Assembly: GCA_963745235.1 (NCBI GenBank)
Contig: CAVUXE010000011.1
Span: 32,001 to 96,000, forward strand
Direction of reading: 5' to 3'
DNA: 64,000 nt
Source of the DNA: an uncultured Spirochaetota bacterium
GTDB taxonomy: Bacteria > Spirochaetota > Spirochaetia > SZUA-6 > Fen-1364
Shown piece by piece: positions 20,795 through 32,485 of this stretch. The translations under genes were made by a program, and so were the position numbers. The stretch's first letter is position 1. Each line of letters opens with the position of its first letter. The notes under the pieces were generated by a model, which saw only the letters and a program-made list of their open reading frames with translations, made no database searches and had not been told where the DNA came from.

Positions 20795-21843
20795 ATGGAA
20801 AAATGAAAGCGGCGGTACTCCACGCTCCGGGGGACGTGCGGTTCGAAGAAGTACCAATCCCGGCGATCGGCCCCGAGGAAGTACTCCTGCGCATAAAAGC
20901 GGCGGGTAACTGCGGATCTGACCTGAAACGGATCATGGTGGAAGGCACTTGGGTGCTGCCATGCATCCCCGGCCATGAGTTTTCGGGAGAAATAGCCGAG
21001 GTAGGAGAAGGAGTGGAGGGGTGGAAGACCGGGGATCGAGTGACGGCCGCACCAATGCTCCCTTGCTTTCGGTGCGAGTGGTGTCTCCAGGGCCAGTACA
21101 ACCTGTGTGAGAATTATGACTACGTCGGTTCACGATCGGACGGAGCTTTCGCCGAGTACCTGAAGATTAGGGCCTTCAACCTTGTGAAGCTCCCCGATGG
21201 GGTGAGCGATGAGGCGGCTGCCATGACGGACCCGGCGGGCGTTGCGCTCCACGCTTTGCGGCGTGCGGGCGGTGTCAGCCCCGGGGAAACCGTCGCGGTG
21301 CTCGGTGCCGGACCGATCGGGATGTTCGCTTGCCAGTGGGCAGCGCTATTGGGCGCGGGGAAAGTAATCGCAACCGATATCCTCGATGAGAAGCTTGAGA
21401 TTGCCAGTGGTCTGGGTGTCCCGGTGAGGATCAATTCCAGGCGTGAAGACACGGTGGCCCGGATCATGGAAGAGACGGGCGGCAGGGGAGCTGATCTGCT
21501 TATAGAGACCGCGGGCTCAGTAGAGACCCACAGGCAGGCGCTGCTCGCGGCGCGCAAGCGTGGAAGAATTGTGCATATCGGCAGGGCGTATTCCGACGTG
21601 CTACTGACTGATGAGGTGTTCACGAAGATCTTCCGCCGGGAGCTCGCAGTATTTGGCGCCGTGAATACCAACTTCTCTCCTCACGACAATGAGTGGAAAA
21701 CCACGGTGGACTACATAGCATCCGGGAAAATCCGAGCCGAGCCGCTCGTCTCCCACCGCCTGACGATGAGCGCCGTAGGGGAAACCTTCCGCAAGATGTA
21801 CCGGCGGGAGATGGTTTACAATAAGATCATCTTCACTCCGTAA
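20791..21843 (+). CDS. Zn-dependent polyol(-phosphate) dehydrogenase (GatD/sorbitol dehydrogenase-like)
   Basis: CGSD, GHEFSG, CxxCxxC..C, GAGPIG. Confidence 0.9.
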   Translation: MNGKMKAAVLHAPGDVRFEEVPIPAIGPEEVLLRIKAAGNCGSDLKRIMVEGTWVLPCIPGHEFSGEIAEVGEGVEGWKTGDRVTAAPMLPCFRCEWCLQGQYNLCENYDYVGSRSDGAFAEYLKIRAFNLVKLPDGVSDEAAAMTDPAGVALHALRRAGGVSPGETVAVLGAGPIGMFACQWAALLGAGKVIATDILDEKLEIASGLGVPVRINSRREDTVARIMEETGGRGADLLIETAGSVETHRQALLAARKRGRIVHIGRAYSDVLLTDEVFTKIFRRELAVFGAVNTNFSPHDNEWKTTVDYIASGKIRAEPLVSHRLTMSAVGETFRKMYRREMVYNKIIFTP

Positions 21844-21859
21844 CGTTGAGAGGTGAATC

Positions 21860-22913
21860 ATGGAGGCCGTGTATTTGAGAGGCGTCGAAGACGCTGTCGT
21901 GACGACCGTGCCTGATCCCTGCATTCCCGGCCAGGGAATTCTGGTTCGGGTGGAGGCGTGCGCCGTGTGCGGCACCGACGTTAAGATGTATCGCCACGGC
22001 TATGCCGCGGCGAAGTTTCCCCTCATTCCCGGACACGAGATCGCGGGTAAGATCGAGCGACTCGAAGGGAACTACCCTAGGACTCTCTGTCGGAATGCGC
22101 GTGGCCATTGCGCCGAACATTCCGTGCGGCGTGTGCCAGTATTGCAGGGACGGGCTCCAGACGGCCTGCGATTCCCTTGAGACGATCGGCGTGCACCGCG
22201 ACGGCGGTTTTGCCGAGCTCTTAGTCCTCCCCGCGCACGCGGTGACAGCAGGCTGCGTCTTTGCTATCCCAAAAGGGGTTGCAAGCGAGGAGGCGGCGCT
22301 TATCGACCCGGCCTCCTGCGCTGTGAATGCTTGCGAATTGTCCCACGTGAAGCCGGGCGATACTGTTGTTGTCGTTGGCGCTGGTCCCGCCGGATGCCTG
22401 TGCGTGGAGGTGAGCAAGGCCTTTGGTGCGCGCTTCACTATCCTTATCCAGCGCTCGTCTGCACGTCTTGAGCAGGCGCGTTTTACAGGCGCGGGACTTT
22501 TCATCGACTCCTCTCGCGAAGATGCGCTTGCGAAGGTTCGCGAAGCCACCGGGGGCAGGGGGGCTGACGTAGTGATCGTTGCTGCCGGCACGGCCGAAGC
22601 TCAAGAGCAGGCTATGCAGATGGTAGCCAAGAGAGGCAGTGTAAACCTCTTCGGCGGCCTACCCAAGTCGAGCCCGACTATCCGCCTTGATTCAAACCTC
22701 GTGCATTACAGGGAAGTTTCCGTCGTGGGCACCCATGGGAGCTCCAACAGGCACTGCGCAATCGCTCTGGACATGATCGCTGACAGGAGGATAAGGGCCA
22801 GCAACTACGTAAGCAGGCGGTTTGCCCTTAGCGAGTTTCCGTCAGCCCTTGCAGCTGCAGAGAGCAAGACGGGGCTGCGGATGTTCGTCAATCCTGGGCT
22901 GGCTGGTCGATGA
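21860..22913 (+). CDS. Zn-dependent dehydrogenase 2, frameshift ~22068
   Basis: CGTD, PGHEIAG, CGVCQYC..C, GAGPAG. Confidence 0.85.
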
Positions 22914-23014
22914 GAGTAATCCTGGTCCGCTGCGGCGAGATGGGCCTGAGGAGAGAGGGATTGGGCAAAAAGAAGTCTGCCGGACTTGACGACGAAAGGC
23001 GGCTTAGGGAATGA
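22910..23014 (+). pseudogene. 34-aa remnant of a histidine phosphatase
   Basis: MRVILVRCGE resembles MRVVLVRHGQ at 11721; ATGA overlaps at both ends. Confidence 0.55.
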
Positions 23015-23976
23015 CCGAAATAACCTTAGGAATCAATACCTGCTTCGCGATCGGCCGCTACCCAGAACCGGAAGAATGGATGCGTGTCGTCACGGACGAG
23101 CTGGGGCTCTCTCACGTCCAGTTCTCGTTCGACTTGGTTGACCCTGTCATCGTCGACTGGGATACCGTTGAAAGAAAATGTAGGAAAATTGCTGAGCTTG
23201 CTCAGCAGAGAGGGATTCGCATAGACACGGCCACCACGGGCGAGGTCCCCCATAAATCTAATGCTCTCCTCGATCCTGATCTTGCAGTCAGGCGCTCCTA
23301 CCTCCGCTGGTACGAAAACCTCATACGGGCAAGCAGCATCCTGGGCGCCGAAGGCTCTGGGGTCTATCTCGGAACCCTGAGCAGCAGGGACAACGGGTCC
23401 GCCGAGCGGCGCGCGTACCTCATCTCCGTTCTCATGGAGGAGATCGAGCACCTCACGGGAATAGCGAAGAGCGAGGGTCAAAAATATTTCATGTGGGAGC
23501 CGATGTCTGTCCCCCGGGAGATCCCCTGCACCATTAGCGAAACGCGAGAGCTCCTCGAGCGGGCAAACCGCAATTCGCAGATACCAGTGTTGCTCTGTTT
23601 GGACGTTGGCCACGGTTGGATCCGTTCCCCTAATCCGAGCGATCGAGACCCGTACGAATGGCTTCGAGAGCTTGCGCACTTGTCTCCCTCTATCCACATG
23701 CAGCAGACCGACGGTAAAGGTAGCCGGCACTGGCCGTTTTCTCCCGAGTTCAACGCTAAAGGTATCATCGCTCCTGAAAAGGTGTTCGCCGCTCTGGAAC
23801 TATCTGGCGCGGAGCGAACGATTATTGTCTTTGAGTACTTCTTCTCTGCGCATGCACTCAGCGAAGACACGGCGATAGCCGACATGCGCACAAGCGTTCA
23901 GTACTGGAAGGAAGCTCTTGGCGGTTCTCATCGCGCAGGTAGAGCGGGGAGGGAAGGGCGGCCGGCAGCGAGGTGA
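23011..23976 (+). CDS. Sugar-phosphate isomerase/epimerase TIM barrel (EryC-like branch)
   Basis: LGINTCFA.GRYPEP, WEPMS..RE.P, LDVGH, IHMQQTDG..RHWPF. Confidence 0.75.
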   Translation: MTEITLGINTCFAIGRYPEPEEWMRVVTDELGLSHVQFSFDLVDPVIVDWDTVERKCRKIAELAQQRGIRIDTATTGEVPHKSNALLDPDLAVRRSYLRWYENLIRASSILGAEGSGVYLGTLSSRDNGSAERRAYLISVLMEEIEHLTGIAKSEGQKYFMWEPMSVPREIPCTISETRELLERANRNSQIPVLLCLDVGHGWIRSPNPSDRDPYEWLRELAHLSPSIHMQQTDGKGSRHWPFSPEFNAKGIIAPEKVFAALELSGAERTIIVFEYFFSAHALSEDTAIADMRTSVQYWKEALGGSHRAGRAGREGRPAAR

Positions 23977-23982
23977 GACCGC

Positions 23983-25492
23983 AATGAGCCTGATGGGAAT
24001 TGACGTGGGAACCACTGGTTGCAAGGGCGTGGCTTTTGATGAGAGGGGGACAGTTCTTGCATCGGCGTACAGAGAATACCCACTTATCCAGCCCAAGGAA
24101 GATTGGGTAGAGCTTGACCCGCAACTTATTTGGCAGTTGTTAAAAGAGACTCTACGAGAGGTGAACGCGCAGCTTTCCGCGGACCCGGTGCAAGCAATCG
24201 GTGTCTCCTCTCAGGGGGAGACTGTCACAGCGCTTGACGATCGGGGAAACAATCTCTGCAATTTCATCGTCACTTTCGACAATCGGACTATTGAGCAGGT
24301 CTCGTTCTGGGAGAAAGCACTCGGCCGCGACGCAGTCTACCGGATAACCGGGATGCCCCTTCATCCCATGTACTCGATCAACAAAATTCTTTGGATAAAA
24401 AAAAATCTTCCCGACGTTTTTGCGCGAGCGCGCAAGTTCACCCTCGTCGAGGACTTCGTCATTTCGCGGCTTTGCGGAGAGTACGGGATCGATTTCTCCC
24501 TTGCCGCGCGAAGCATGGCTTTTGATGTCACGCAGGCAAAGTGGTCTGCGGAGATTCTCGCTGCCGCCGGGGTGGAAGAGCGCTTCCTCTCCCGCGCGGT
24601 GCCGTCGGGTACAATCATCGGATGCATGCGCCGTGAGCTCAAGGACGAGCTTGGCTTCAAGCGGGAGGTTTCCATTGTCACCGGGGGGCATGATCAGCCC
24701 TGCGGTGCCCTCGGAGCCGGCATCACGGGGGCAGGGATCGCGATGAATGCAACGGGTACAGTTGATGCTATCTGTCCCGTGTTCAGCGACTTACAGTTTT
24801 CCCCTCAGATGCTTCAAGACAACTATGCGGTCTACCCTTACACGATGCAGGGACTGTATTGCACCATCGGTTTTAACCTTACCGGCGGCCTACTCTTGAA
24901 GTGGTACCGGGATACTCTTTGCGCCGAAGAAGTCCGTTGGGCTAAGAACAAAGGCATGGGCTCGTATGATATGATCCTTTCTCGCATGTCGAGTTCCCCA
25001 AAGGATATCTATGTACTGCCTCATTTTGTTGGGTCGGGCACCCCGCAGCTTGACCCTCTTTCAAAAGGGGCAATCATCGGGTTACGGATCTCCACTACCA
25101 AGGAGGATTTGACGCGAAGTATCATAGACAGCATCAACCTTGAGATGAAAATAAACATCGAGCGAATGCGGGCGAACGCAATCCCTATACGCGCCATCCA
25201 CGCGGTCGGAGGCGGCGCCAAATCAGACCTCTGGCTTGCACTTAAGGCGAGCTGTTTTGGGGTGCCTGTCAGCCGACCCAGGACCGAGGAGGCGGTTTCC
25301 CTTGGCGGGGCTATCCTTGCAGGATATGCCACCGGGCGCTTTCAGGGTGTTGCCGAGGGGGCGAAGGCAATGGTTGCCATCCAGGATACATTCGAGCCGC
25401 AGGAAAAGCTCGTAGCTTTGTATGATGAGAAGTTCGCTAAGTTCCGGGAGCTTTATCCAACGCTCTCGCAGCTCAATAGGAGTTTGGAATGA
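23983..25492 (+). CDS. FGGY-family carbohydrate kinase
   Basis: GIDVGTTGCK, SSQGE, GGHDQ, GGGAKS. Confidence 0.92.
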
Positions 25493-26225
25493 GGAAGCCG
25501 TCCTTCATCGGACCCATGCACAGAAGATTCCGCAGACAAATCCGCGACTTGGCGGCGGCGAGCGTTCGTCTTGGGGAGCTGGGTTTCGCGTCCTCCCGCG
25601 GGGGCAACCTTTCCTGTCGTGCGGATGATGGCTGTTTGCTGATTACCCCGACCGGCTTTCGGAAGAAGGAAGTCCGCCCAGAGGACATACTGGTGGTGAG
25701 GCCCGACGGAAGCACGTGGGAAGCACGCCCGGGGCTTAAGCCTTCAAGCGAGGCGCCTGCCCATATGCACATAATGCGTTCCCGTCCGGATGTTCAAGCG
25801 ATTATCCATGCTCATCCACCGGTTTTAACGGGTTTCGCCCTCGCGGGGGTCGATATTCTCTAAAACCCATCCATCCTGAGCTTGTCATCGAGGTCGGCCC
25901 CGTGATCAACCTTGACTACACCGAACCAACGTCGGAGAAGCTTGCACACCAGTTCGATAGTGTCATACTCAGCGCCAACGCCTTCCTGATGGGAGGGCAC
26001 GGGGTTATGATCTGCAGCCCGGTTGGAATCGAAAGGGCACTGGAACTCCTGGAAATGCTTGAGACGATAGCATTTTCGGCATGGGTCGCGATGTCCGTGG
26101 GAAAGCCGAAAACGATTCCCGCCGCTGAGCTAGACGCGTTGGAGCGCATCATGCGCACGCGCAACCTTACTATGCCGGGCGCGTCGGCCGGCTGGAGCCT
26201 GCGGAAGCTGTACGGGACGAACTGA
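25489..26225 (+). CDS. Class II aldolase/adducin family protein (FucA/RhaD/AraD-like), frameshift ~25860
   Basis: GGNLS, ITPTG, PSSE..H, IIHAHP, GHG. Confidence 0.85.
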
Positions 26226-26416
26226 ACCGGAGAAGAGGGGAATGAATTTGCTTTGATTAAGGATGACCTGTAAAATGCGAATGGAGAAAAGGTGAGGAAA
26301 AGAGTGATTCGACCAGGCAAGGTTCAAGCGCAGTATTGAGACCATCTTTTGGAATTGTTTAGGTGCGAGTCGTGCGATTAGTGGGGCATTAATACAACGA
26401 ACAAGGGAGGAAAAAG

Positions 26417-27415
26417 ATGAGACCTATCAGATTCGCGTCGGGGCTCCATGTCTTTGGAAGTACTGCAGACCGCTATGTCCTCAGCGGTTATAAGCCGCAG
26501 GTACCAATATCTGAAATGATTCAAGGGGCGGCAAAGGTGAAGGGCTTAAAAGGCGTCGAACTTGTCGAGACGTGGCATATCAATAGCGAAAACGTAGACA
26601 AGGTGCTGTCAGAGCTGCAGGCGTCCGGATTACAACTTACCCTCCTCATGCCCGATCTCTGGGCTTCTGGCAAATGGGGAATGGGAAGCTTTGCTGCAGG
26701 GAACGAGAAGACACGCAGGGATGCTATTGAAACGGTCAAACGCACGATGGACATGGCGGCACGCACAGGCTGTAATTTGATCAATGTGTGGTTGGGGCAG
26801 GATGGTTACGATTATCCGCTCCAAGCCGACTATTTGAAGGCGTGGGACTGGATCGTTGAAGCCTTAAGAGAATGCGCTGATCATAATCCCAAAGTCACAA
26901 TCGGGATGGAGTATAAAATCAAAGAGCCGAGAACCCATTGTTTTATCGGAACAATCGGTAAGCTGCTCTTGCTGATGGACAAGGTGAATCGGAAGAACCT
27001 GGGCGTCATTCTAGACATAGGACATGCTCTCGAGGGATATGAAAACATGGCGGAATCCGCCGCGTTGTGCAAGTATTTTGGCGACCGGCTTATCCATCTC
27101 CATCTCAACGACAACTGGCGATCCTGGGACGATGATATGATGGTGGGGTCCATCCACACAATCGAGCTTTTGGAACTCCTGTACTGGCTAGAAAAAATCG
27201 ACTTCCGGGGGTGGTACTCGCTGGACATCTTCCCCTACAGAGATGATTCAATCGCCGTAGCCTCAGAGAGCCTGAACTGGATAACGGATCTGCGCAGGGT
27301 GATCGATCACATTGGATTGGACAGAATCGAGAAAGTCATCGCAAGTGGCGACGCTGCCCAGGCATCCCGCTTGGTGAGAGAGGGCATGTTCTCTGTGTCG
27401 GAGCATAAGAAATGA
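26417..27415 (+). CDS. Xylose-isomerase-like sugar isomerase (resembles the apiose-isomerase-type branch)
   Basis: DRY..GY, WLGQDGYDYP.Q, EYK.KEPR, DIGH, NDNWRSWDDD, LDIFPYR. Confidence 0.8.
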   Translation: MRPIRFASGLHVFGSTADRYVLSGYKPQVPISEMIQGAAKVKGLKGVELVETWHINSENVDKVLSELQASGLQLTLLMPDLWASGKWGMGSFAAGNEKTRRDAIETVKRTMDMAARTGCNLINVWLGQDGYDYPLQADYLKAWDWIVEALRECADHNPKVTIGMEYKIKEPRTHCFIGTIGKLLLLMDKVNRKNLGVILDIGHALEGYENMAESAALCKYFGDRLIHLHLNDNWRSWDDDMMVGSIHTIELLELLYWLEKIDFRGWYSLDIFPYRDDSIAVASESLNWITDLRRVIDHIGLDRIEKVIASGDAAQASRLVREGMFSVSEHKK

Positions 27416-27643
27416 ACTGTACGCTTGGAAGAAATCGGTCCAAAGCGGGAAGGAGGGATCACCGGTTTTTACCAGGGTGACTTTAGAAAGGGGCTGTGTG
27501 AAAGAGCAGAAAGGAGGGCAATAGTAAGACCATGAGGGTCGCGCTGAAGCGTTACATAAGCGTGACAAGGATTCCAATCACTCGGTTGGTTTGCGGCTGC
27601 ATCCGCCGACACTGAGTGCAAGCAAGAACGAGGAGGACGATCG

Positions 27644-28690
27644 ATGGGTAGGATGGTAAGAACGATCCTTCTGGCAGGACTCGTGCTTCTAATTGCATGT
27701 GGGGGTGTGTTTGCCAGCGGGAAGGGAGAAGCGACTAAGACAGCGGCAATCACTATCGGGTACTGCTCGCCAGAACTTGACGCCTTCCAAGCAGGGGTCA
27801 TGTACAGTGTGATGCACTACGCCCAGGCAAAGGGCTGGGCGGTGATTCCGGAAGACGCCAACACAGATCCGCACCTACAGGCGAACCAAGTAGAATACCT
27901 GATTTCCCTGGGTGTGAAGGCGATCGTGGCGGTGCCGTGCGATAGCCAGGCATTCTGCGCTTCAATTGCAAAGGCTCGCCAGGCGAACATACCGGTGTAT
28001 ACGATCGACCGCGCTCCGATTGGGTGCAAGGTCAATATGGTCGTCCAAGCCGATAACGAGAAAGGCGGCACTGACTCCGGGACCGAGATCGTGAAGTTCC
28101 TGACGCAAAAATACGGAAGCCCGAAGGGCACTGTGTTGGAGCTGCAGGGAGAGATGGCCGAGAACGTGGCGCAGCTCAGGCACAAAGGCTTTATCGATGT
28201 CATGAACCAATATCCCGACATTAAGGTCACTTCAAAGACAACCCACTGGGACTCCAACCAGTTCTATCAGGACGCCATGGATGTGGTCGGCTCCCAAGCT
28301 ATTGATGCGATCTTTCTGCACTCCGACACCGTAGGCGGCACGCCGGTAACGCAGGCCCTCACCCAGCTCGGCAAGTTGGTTCCCGCGGGCCAGCCCGGGC
28401 ATATCTACATAGCTGCGATCGACGGGTCGCCGAATGGCCTTGACCTCATCCGCAAGGGTTCTCTCGACCAGACCTCCAGCCAGCCAAATCCCGATTTCGG
28501 CATTCTCACCGAATATATCGACAAAGAGTTCAAAGGCGAGAAGATCGTGGCGGGTCCAGTAGTGAAGGAGGGAGCCCTGTGGTCGCCCGCGAAGATCATT
28601 GACTCCGACGTTGGGCCAATGCTCGAGCTGGCCACAACGGACGTCACGAAGGCCAATGTCGATGACAAGCGCCTTTGGGGGAACCACTAG
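27644..28690 (+). CDS. Sugar ABC substrate-binding protein
   Basis: Signal peptide, IPVYTIDR, V.ADN..GG, AAIDG. Confidence 0.9.
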   Translation: MGRMVRTILLAGLVLLIACGGVFASGKGEATKTAAITIGYCSPELDAFQAGVMYSVMHYAQAKGWAVIPEDANTDPHLQANQVEYLISLGVKAIVAVPCDSQAFCASIAKARQANIPVYTIDRAPIGCKVNMVVQADNEKGGTDSGTEIVKFLTQKYGSPKGTVLELQGEMAENVAQLRHKGFIDVMNQYPDIKVTSKTTHWDSNQFYQDAMDVVGSQAIDAIFLHSDTVGGTPVTQALTQLGKLVPAGQPGHIYIAAIDGSPNGLDLIRKGSLDQTSSQPNPDFGILTEYIDKEFKGEKIVAGPVVKEGALWSPAKIIDSDVGPMLELATTDVTKANVDDKRLWGNH

Positions 28691-28810
28691 AAGCCGGTAA
28701 ATCGGCAACATGCCGGGGGCGAGCTGCGATAATCTCTCAGCCCGCCCAGCTTTATGAGATTTGAAGTCCTGCTTCTGTGGTTAATCGGACATGAGGAGGA
28801 TCGGCAAGCC

Positions 28811-29862
28811 ATGGAAAGAGATCGTACAACATCCTTTTTTGTTGCAATCATAGACAACCTCATTTGGGTTATCGTTATTGTCGCTTTCGTTGTTTTCTCC
28901 CTGCTGTCCAGTCGGTTTCTTCACTCTTTTCAACCTGGTGAATATCCTGCCGAGGGTGGCTGCGCTTGGTCTCCTGGTCATCGGCCAGTCCTTTACAATG
29001 ACAACCGCGCACTTCGACCTCTCTTCCGAATCGACCCTCGGCTTAACCGCAATGGTGGGGGCGCTGTTTGTCGCCACCACAAACTACGGCGGGCTTGGGA
29101 TAATGATGCCCCCCGGTTTCGCCATCGTCTTGATGATTCTACTCGGGTTGCTCATCGGAACCTTAAACGGCTTCATGATTACGAAACTGAGAATGAACAA
29201 TCTCGTAGCGACGATCGCCATGCTGATCCTCCTCCGCGGCGTTGTGTGGATCCTTTCCCCAGGAAAGAGCGTGAGCTTTCTCGGGCCCGTGTTCGACTGG
29301 ATCGGGGGAGGAGTTCTTTTCACGATTCGGGCAGGCGGCAAGCCTACCGGTGTGCCGGTAAGCTTCTTTTTCGTGCTGGTGGCTTTTGCTTTCGCGCACA
29401 TCGTGACCCGATACACCCGATTCGGCCGGCACATGTACGCTATCGGCTCCAACCGTGAAGCCGCGGAGGCCGCGGGCATCCGGACCCAGCGGGTCATTTT
29501 CTCGGTATATGTGATTAGCGGCGCTTGCGCTGGCGATTGCGGGTCTACTTGAAGCCGGGCAGAGGAGACTCTGTCGTAGGCGGGCTCGGCCAAGGTTGGA
29601 TTTTTCAGGTACAGGCGGCGGCCATCATCGGAGGGATCAGTCTGTTCGGCGGCAGGGGGAGCATGCTGGGTGCGCTCGGCGGCGTCCTTTTCTGGGGCAT
29701 TCTGGAGTCCGGTTTGAGCATCATGCAGGCCAGTCCTTACTCTATCAACGTATTCCGAGGCGGCTTCTGCTTCGTCGCTATGATGCTCGATGCTTTGAAG
29801 ACCCAATACCTCCGCACTCTTTCAGCGCACCAGGTTGTTCGCCCGATCGACGATCGGAATAG
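28811..29862 (+). CDS. Sugar ABC permease with several frameshifts (end approximate)
   Basis: FDLS, FGRHMYAIGSNREAA, AAIIGGISLFGGRG across frames. Confidence 0.75.
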
Positions 29863-29907
29863 CGGATTTGAACAACCTGGGGTAGGCGAGAAAAGAGAGA
29901 AATCCTT

Positions 29908-31440
29908 ATGGAAACCACAGTGCCAGCAACAATTGTCTCACTGCGCGGCGTGAGCAAGTCCTTTCCAGGCGTAAATGCCCTATCGAATGTGGACCTCGAC
30001 GTCCACCAGGGCGAGGTGCATGGTCTCGTAGGAAAAAACGGGGCCGGCAAATCGACACTCGTTCGTGTGCTCATGGGACTGCACGAGCCGGACAGCGGCT
30101 CCTTGGAGATAAATGGCCACCGCTTCTCTCGCATCACCGCCAGTGAAGCTTTGGCCGCAGGAGTCGCGTACGTTCCCCAGCACGTCAGCATGATGGACAG
30201 TCTTGTCGGTGGCCGAGAACATTCTTGCGGGAGAGATGCCAGTCGGTGCTTTCAGGTTGGTAGAACTGGAAGAAGGTGTATGCTCAGGCAGCGGACAGAC
30301 TCGAAAAGCTCGGCCTGGACCTGGACGTTCGAAAGAATGTTGAAGGGATTAGCGTCGCCGAGCAAACGATGCTTGCAATAGCGCAGGCGCTCTTCCGCCG
30401 GGCGAAACTCATCATTTTGGATGAGCCGACCGCTTCGCTTCCTCGGGCTGACATCGACCGTCTGTTCACTCTCATCCGTTCGCTCAAGAGCCAGGGAGTT
30501 GCAATTGTATTCATTTCGCACCATTTGGAAGAGGTTTTCGAGATCTGCGACCGGGTGACCGTGCTTCGCGACGGCTAGCCAGATCGGAACCTGGCCTCTC
30601 TGCGGAGCTGGACCTGCAACGCTGACAAAGGTAATCGTGGGAGAGAATATCCATGAGTATGTAAGAGAGTCAAGGGAAAGAGCGCCGGAAATCTCGCCAT
30701 GCAGATCAGTGGATTGACACTTAGGGGGTCACTACGAGGACATCTCGCATGGATATCGCCAAAGGCGAGGTTGTCAGCGTTTGTGGGCTGCAGGGCTCGG
30801 GAGCCGAGGCGTTGGGCGAGAGGCTCTTTGGTCTGGAGCCGAGGGGGATCGGAGCGTGTCCGAGTAGACGGCAAGGAGTACACGGCAAGGAATCCCAAGG
30901 AGGCCTTTGCCCAGGGAGTCGCCTTGCTCCCGCAGGATCGGTACCGCTTCGGGATTGTCGGCTCTGCGGCCAATCCGGGAGAACATCACTTATTCCATTC
31001 TGGACCAGCTGACAGGATTTCTCTCTATCCTTAAATCGGTCAAGGAGCGTCAGTTGGTGAAAGATTTCATCGAGAAGCTAGGTATCGTCACTCCAAGCCA
31101 GAACCAAAGCGTAAGGCTCCTGAGCGGCGGGAACCAGCAAAAAGTGGTTTTTGCCAAACTTGCCTGTACAAGACCAAGCGTGCTTATTCTCCACGATCCC
31201 ACTCAGGGCATCGACGTGCGCGCCAAGCTGGACATCTATAGGGTGATCGACGACCTAAGTGCGCAGGGCATTGCGATTCTTATCATTTCGACTGAGGTGC
31301 GCGAGCTTGTCGGGGTGTGCGACCGGATCCTCGTCATGTACGAGGGTCGTATAACCCACGAGTTCAAGAGGGGGGACGCCGATACGACACCGAGCAACAT
31401 TTTGCTGGCAATTGAGGGAGGCCGTCATGCGGGACAGTAG
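29908..31440 (+). CDS. Sugar ABC ATPase with multiple frameshifts
   Basis: GKNGAGKST, ILDEPTA, LSGGNQQKV, PTQGIDV. Confidence 0.8.
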
Positions 31441-32444
31441 GGTCGATTGGGTGAAGCTTATCCTAGACCGATTCCTTTGGTTGGTGATTGTGCTAATCGC
31501 CCTCTTTTTTGTGTGGCGAGCTCCCGGCTTTGCTACCGGAGTGAAACTTCGTCAACCTTCTCCTTCATGCCAGCGTGCTAGGGCTCCTTGTCATCGGACA
31601 AAGCATCTGCCTGCTCAGCGGTAATTTCGACCTCTCCATCGAAGGCAACATTCAACTGGTTGCCGTACTCGCAGGGTGGATGATGGTCCCTGCCGTAGGG
31701 TTCGAGGGCGGGGGCGGCTGGGTGCTCTCACCCTTTATGGTCATTCCAATAGTGCTCGTGATGGGCGGGGCTGATCGGAATGCTCAATGGCCTGATGATC
31801 ACGCGGCTGGGGATGAACAACTTCATTGTGACTCTGCGCAATGCAGCTGGTTCTCGGAGGGATTGCTTTCCTCATTAGTCGAGGGTTTGACATTAACCGC
31901 ATTCCTGCTTCCTTCTCGTGGCTAGGCAGCCACGCTTTCGGTCACATCCCAGTCCAGATAATCTTTACCGCTGTGGCCTTCATCGGGTTCCAGCTTTTCC
32001 TTGGCGCGTCCCGTTTCGGCCGTCAGCTCTACGGGGTCGGCGGAAATCGGGACGCGGCCCGCGCCTCCGGTATCGATCCGAGAATCCGTGATCACAAAGG
32101 CGTATATCTTGAATGGCATGATCGTCGCCATAGCTGCGTGGATGCTTCTCGGTCGCGTCGGTCAGGCCAACACGAGGATCGGGGTCGGAATAACACTGGA
32201 AGCGGTGGCCGCTGCAGTGATCGGTGGGGTTGCGCTCAGCGGCGGCTACGGATCGGTGGGAGGAGCCTTCGGCGGGGTGCTCCTTCTCTCCGTGATCGAT
32301 AATGGCCTGAACCTGATGAGCGTGAACGCCTTTTGGATTCAAGGTATCCGAGGCTTCATCATCCTGCTTGCTCTTTTCATCGAAGCACAGAAGTTCCGTT
32401 ATAAGCCCCGGGTGCATATCGATATCGCGACCGGTGCCACATGA
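31427..32444 (+). CDS. Sugar ABC permease with several frameshifts
   Basis: GNFDLS, FGRQLYGVGGN..AA, AAVIGGVALSGG. Confidence 0.75.
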
Positions 32445-32485
32445 ATCTTCTGTTCAGGAGCCCCTGCCACAAGGAAAGGTGAGTC

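Noticed and set aside
27545-27556. LacI/cre-like site TGAAGCGTTACA
   Set aside because: Single short imperfect match and no LacI gene in the window
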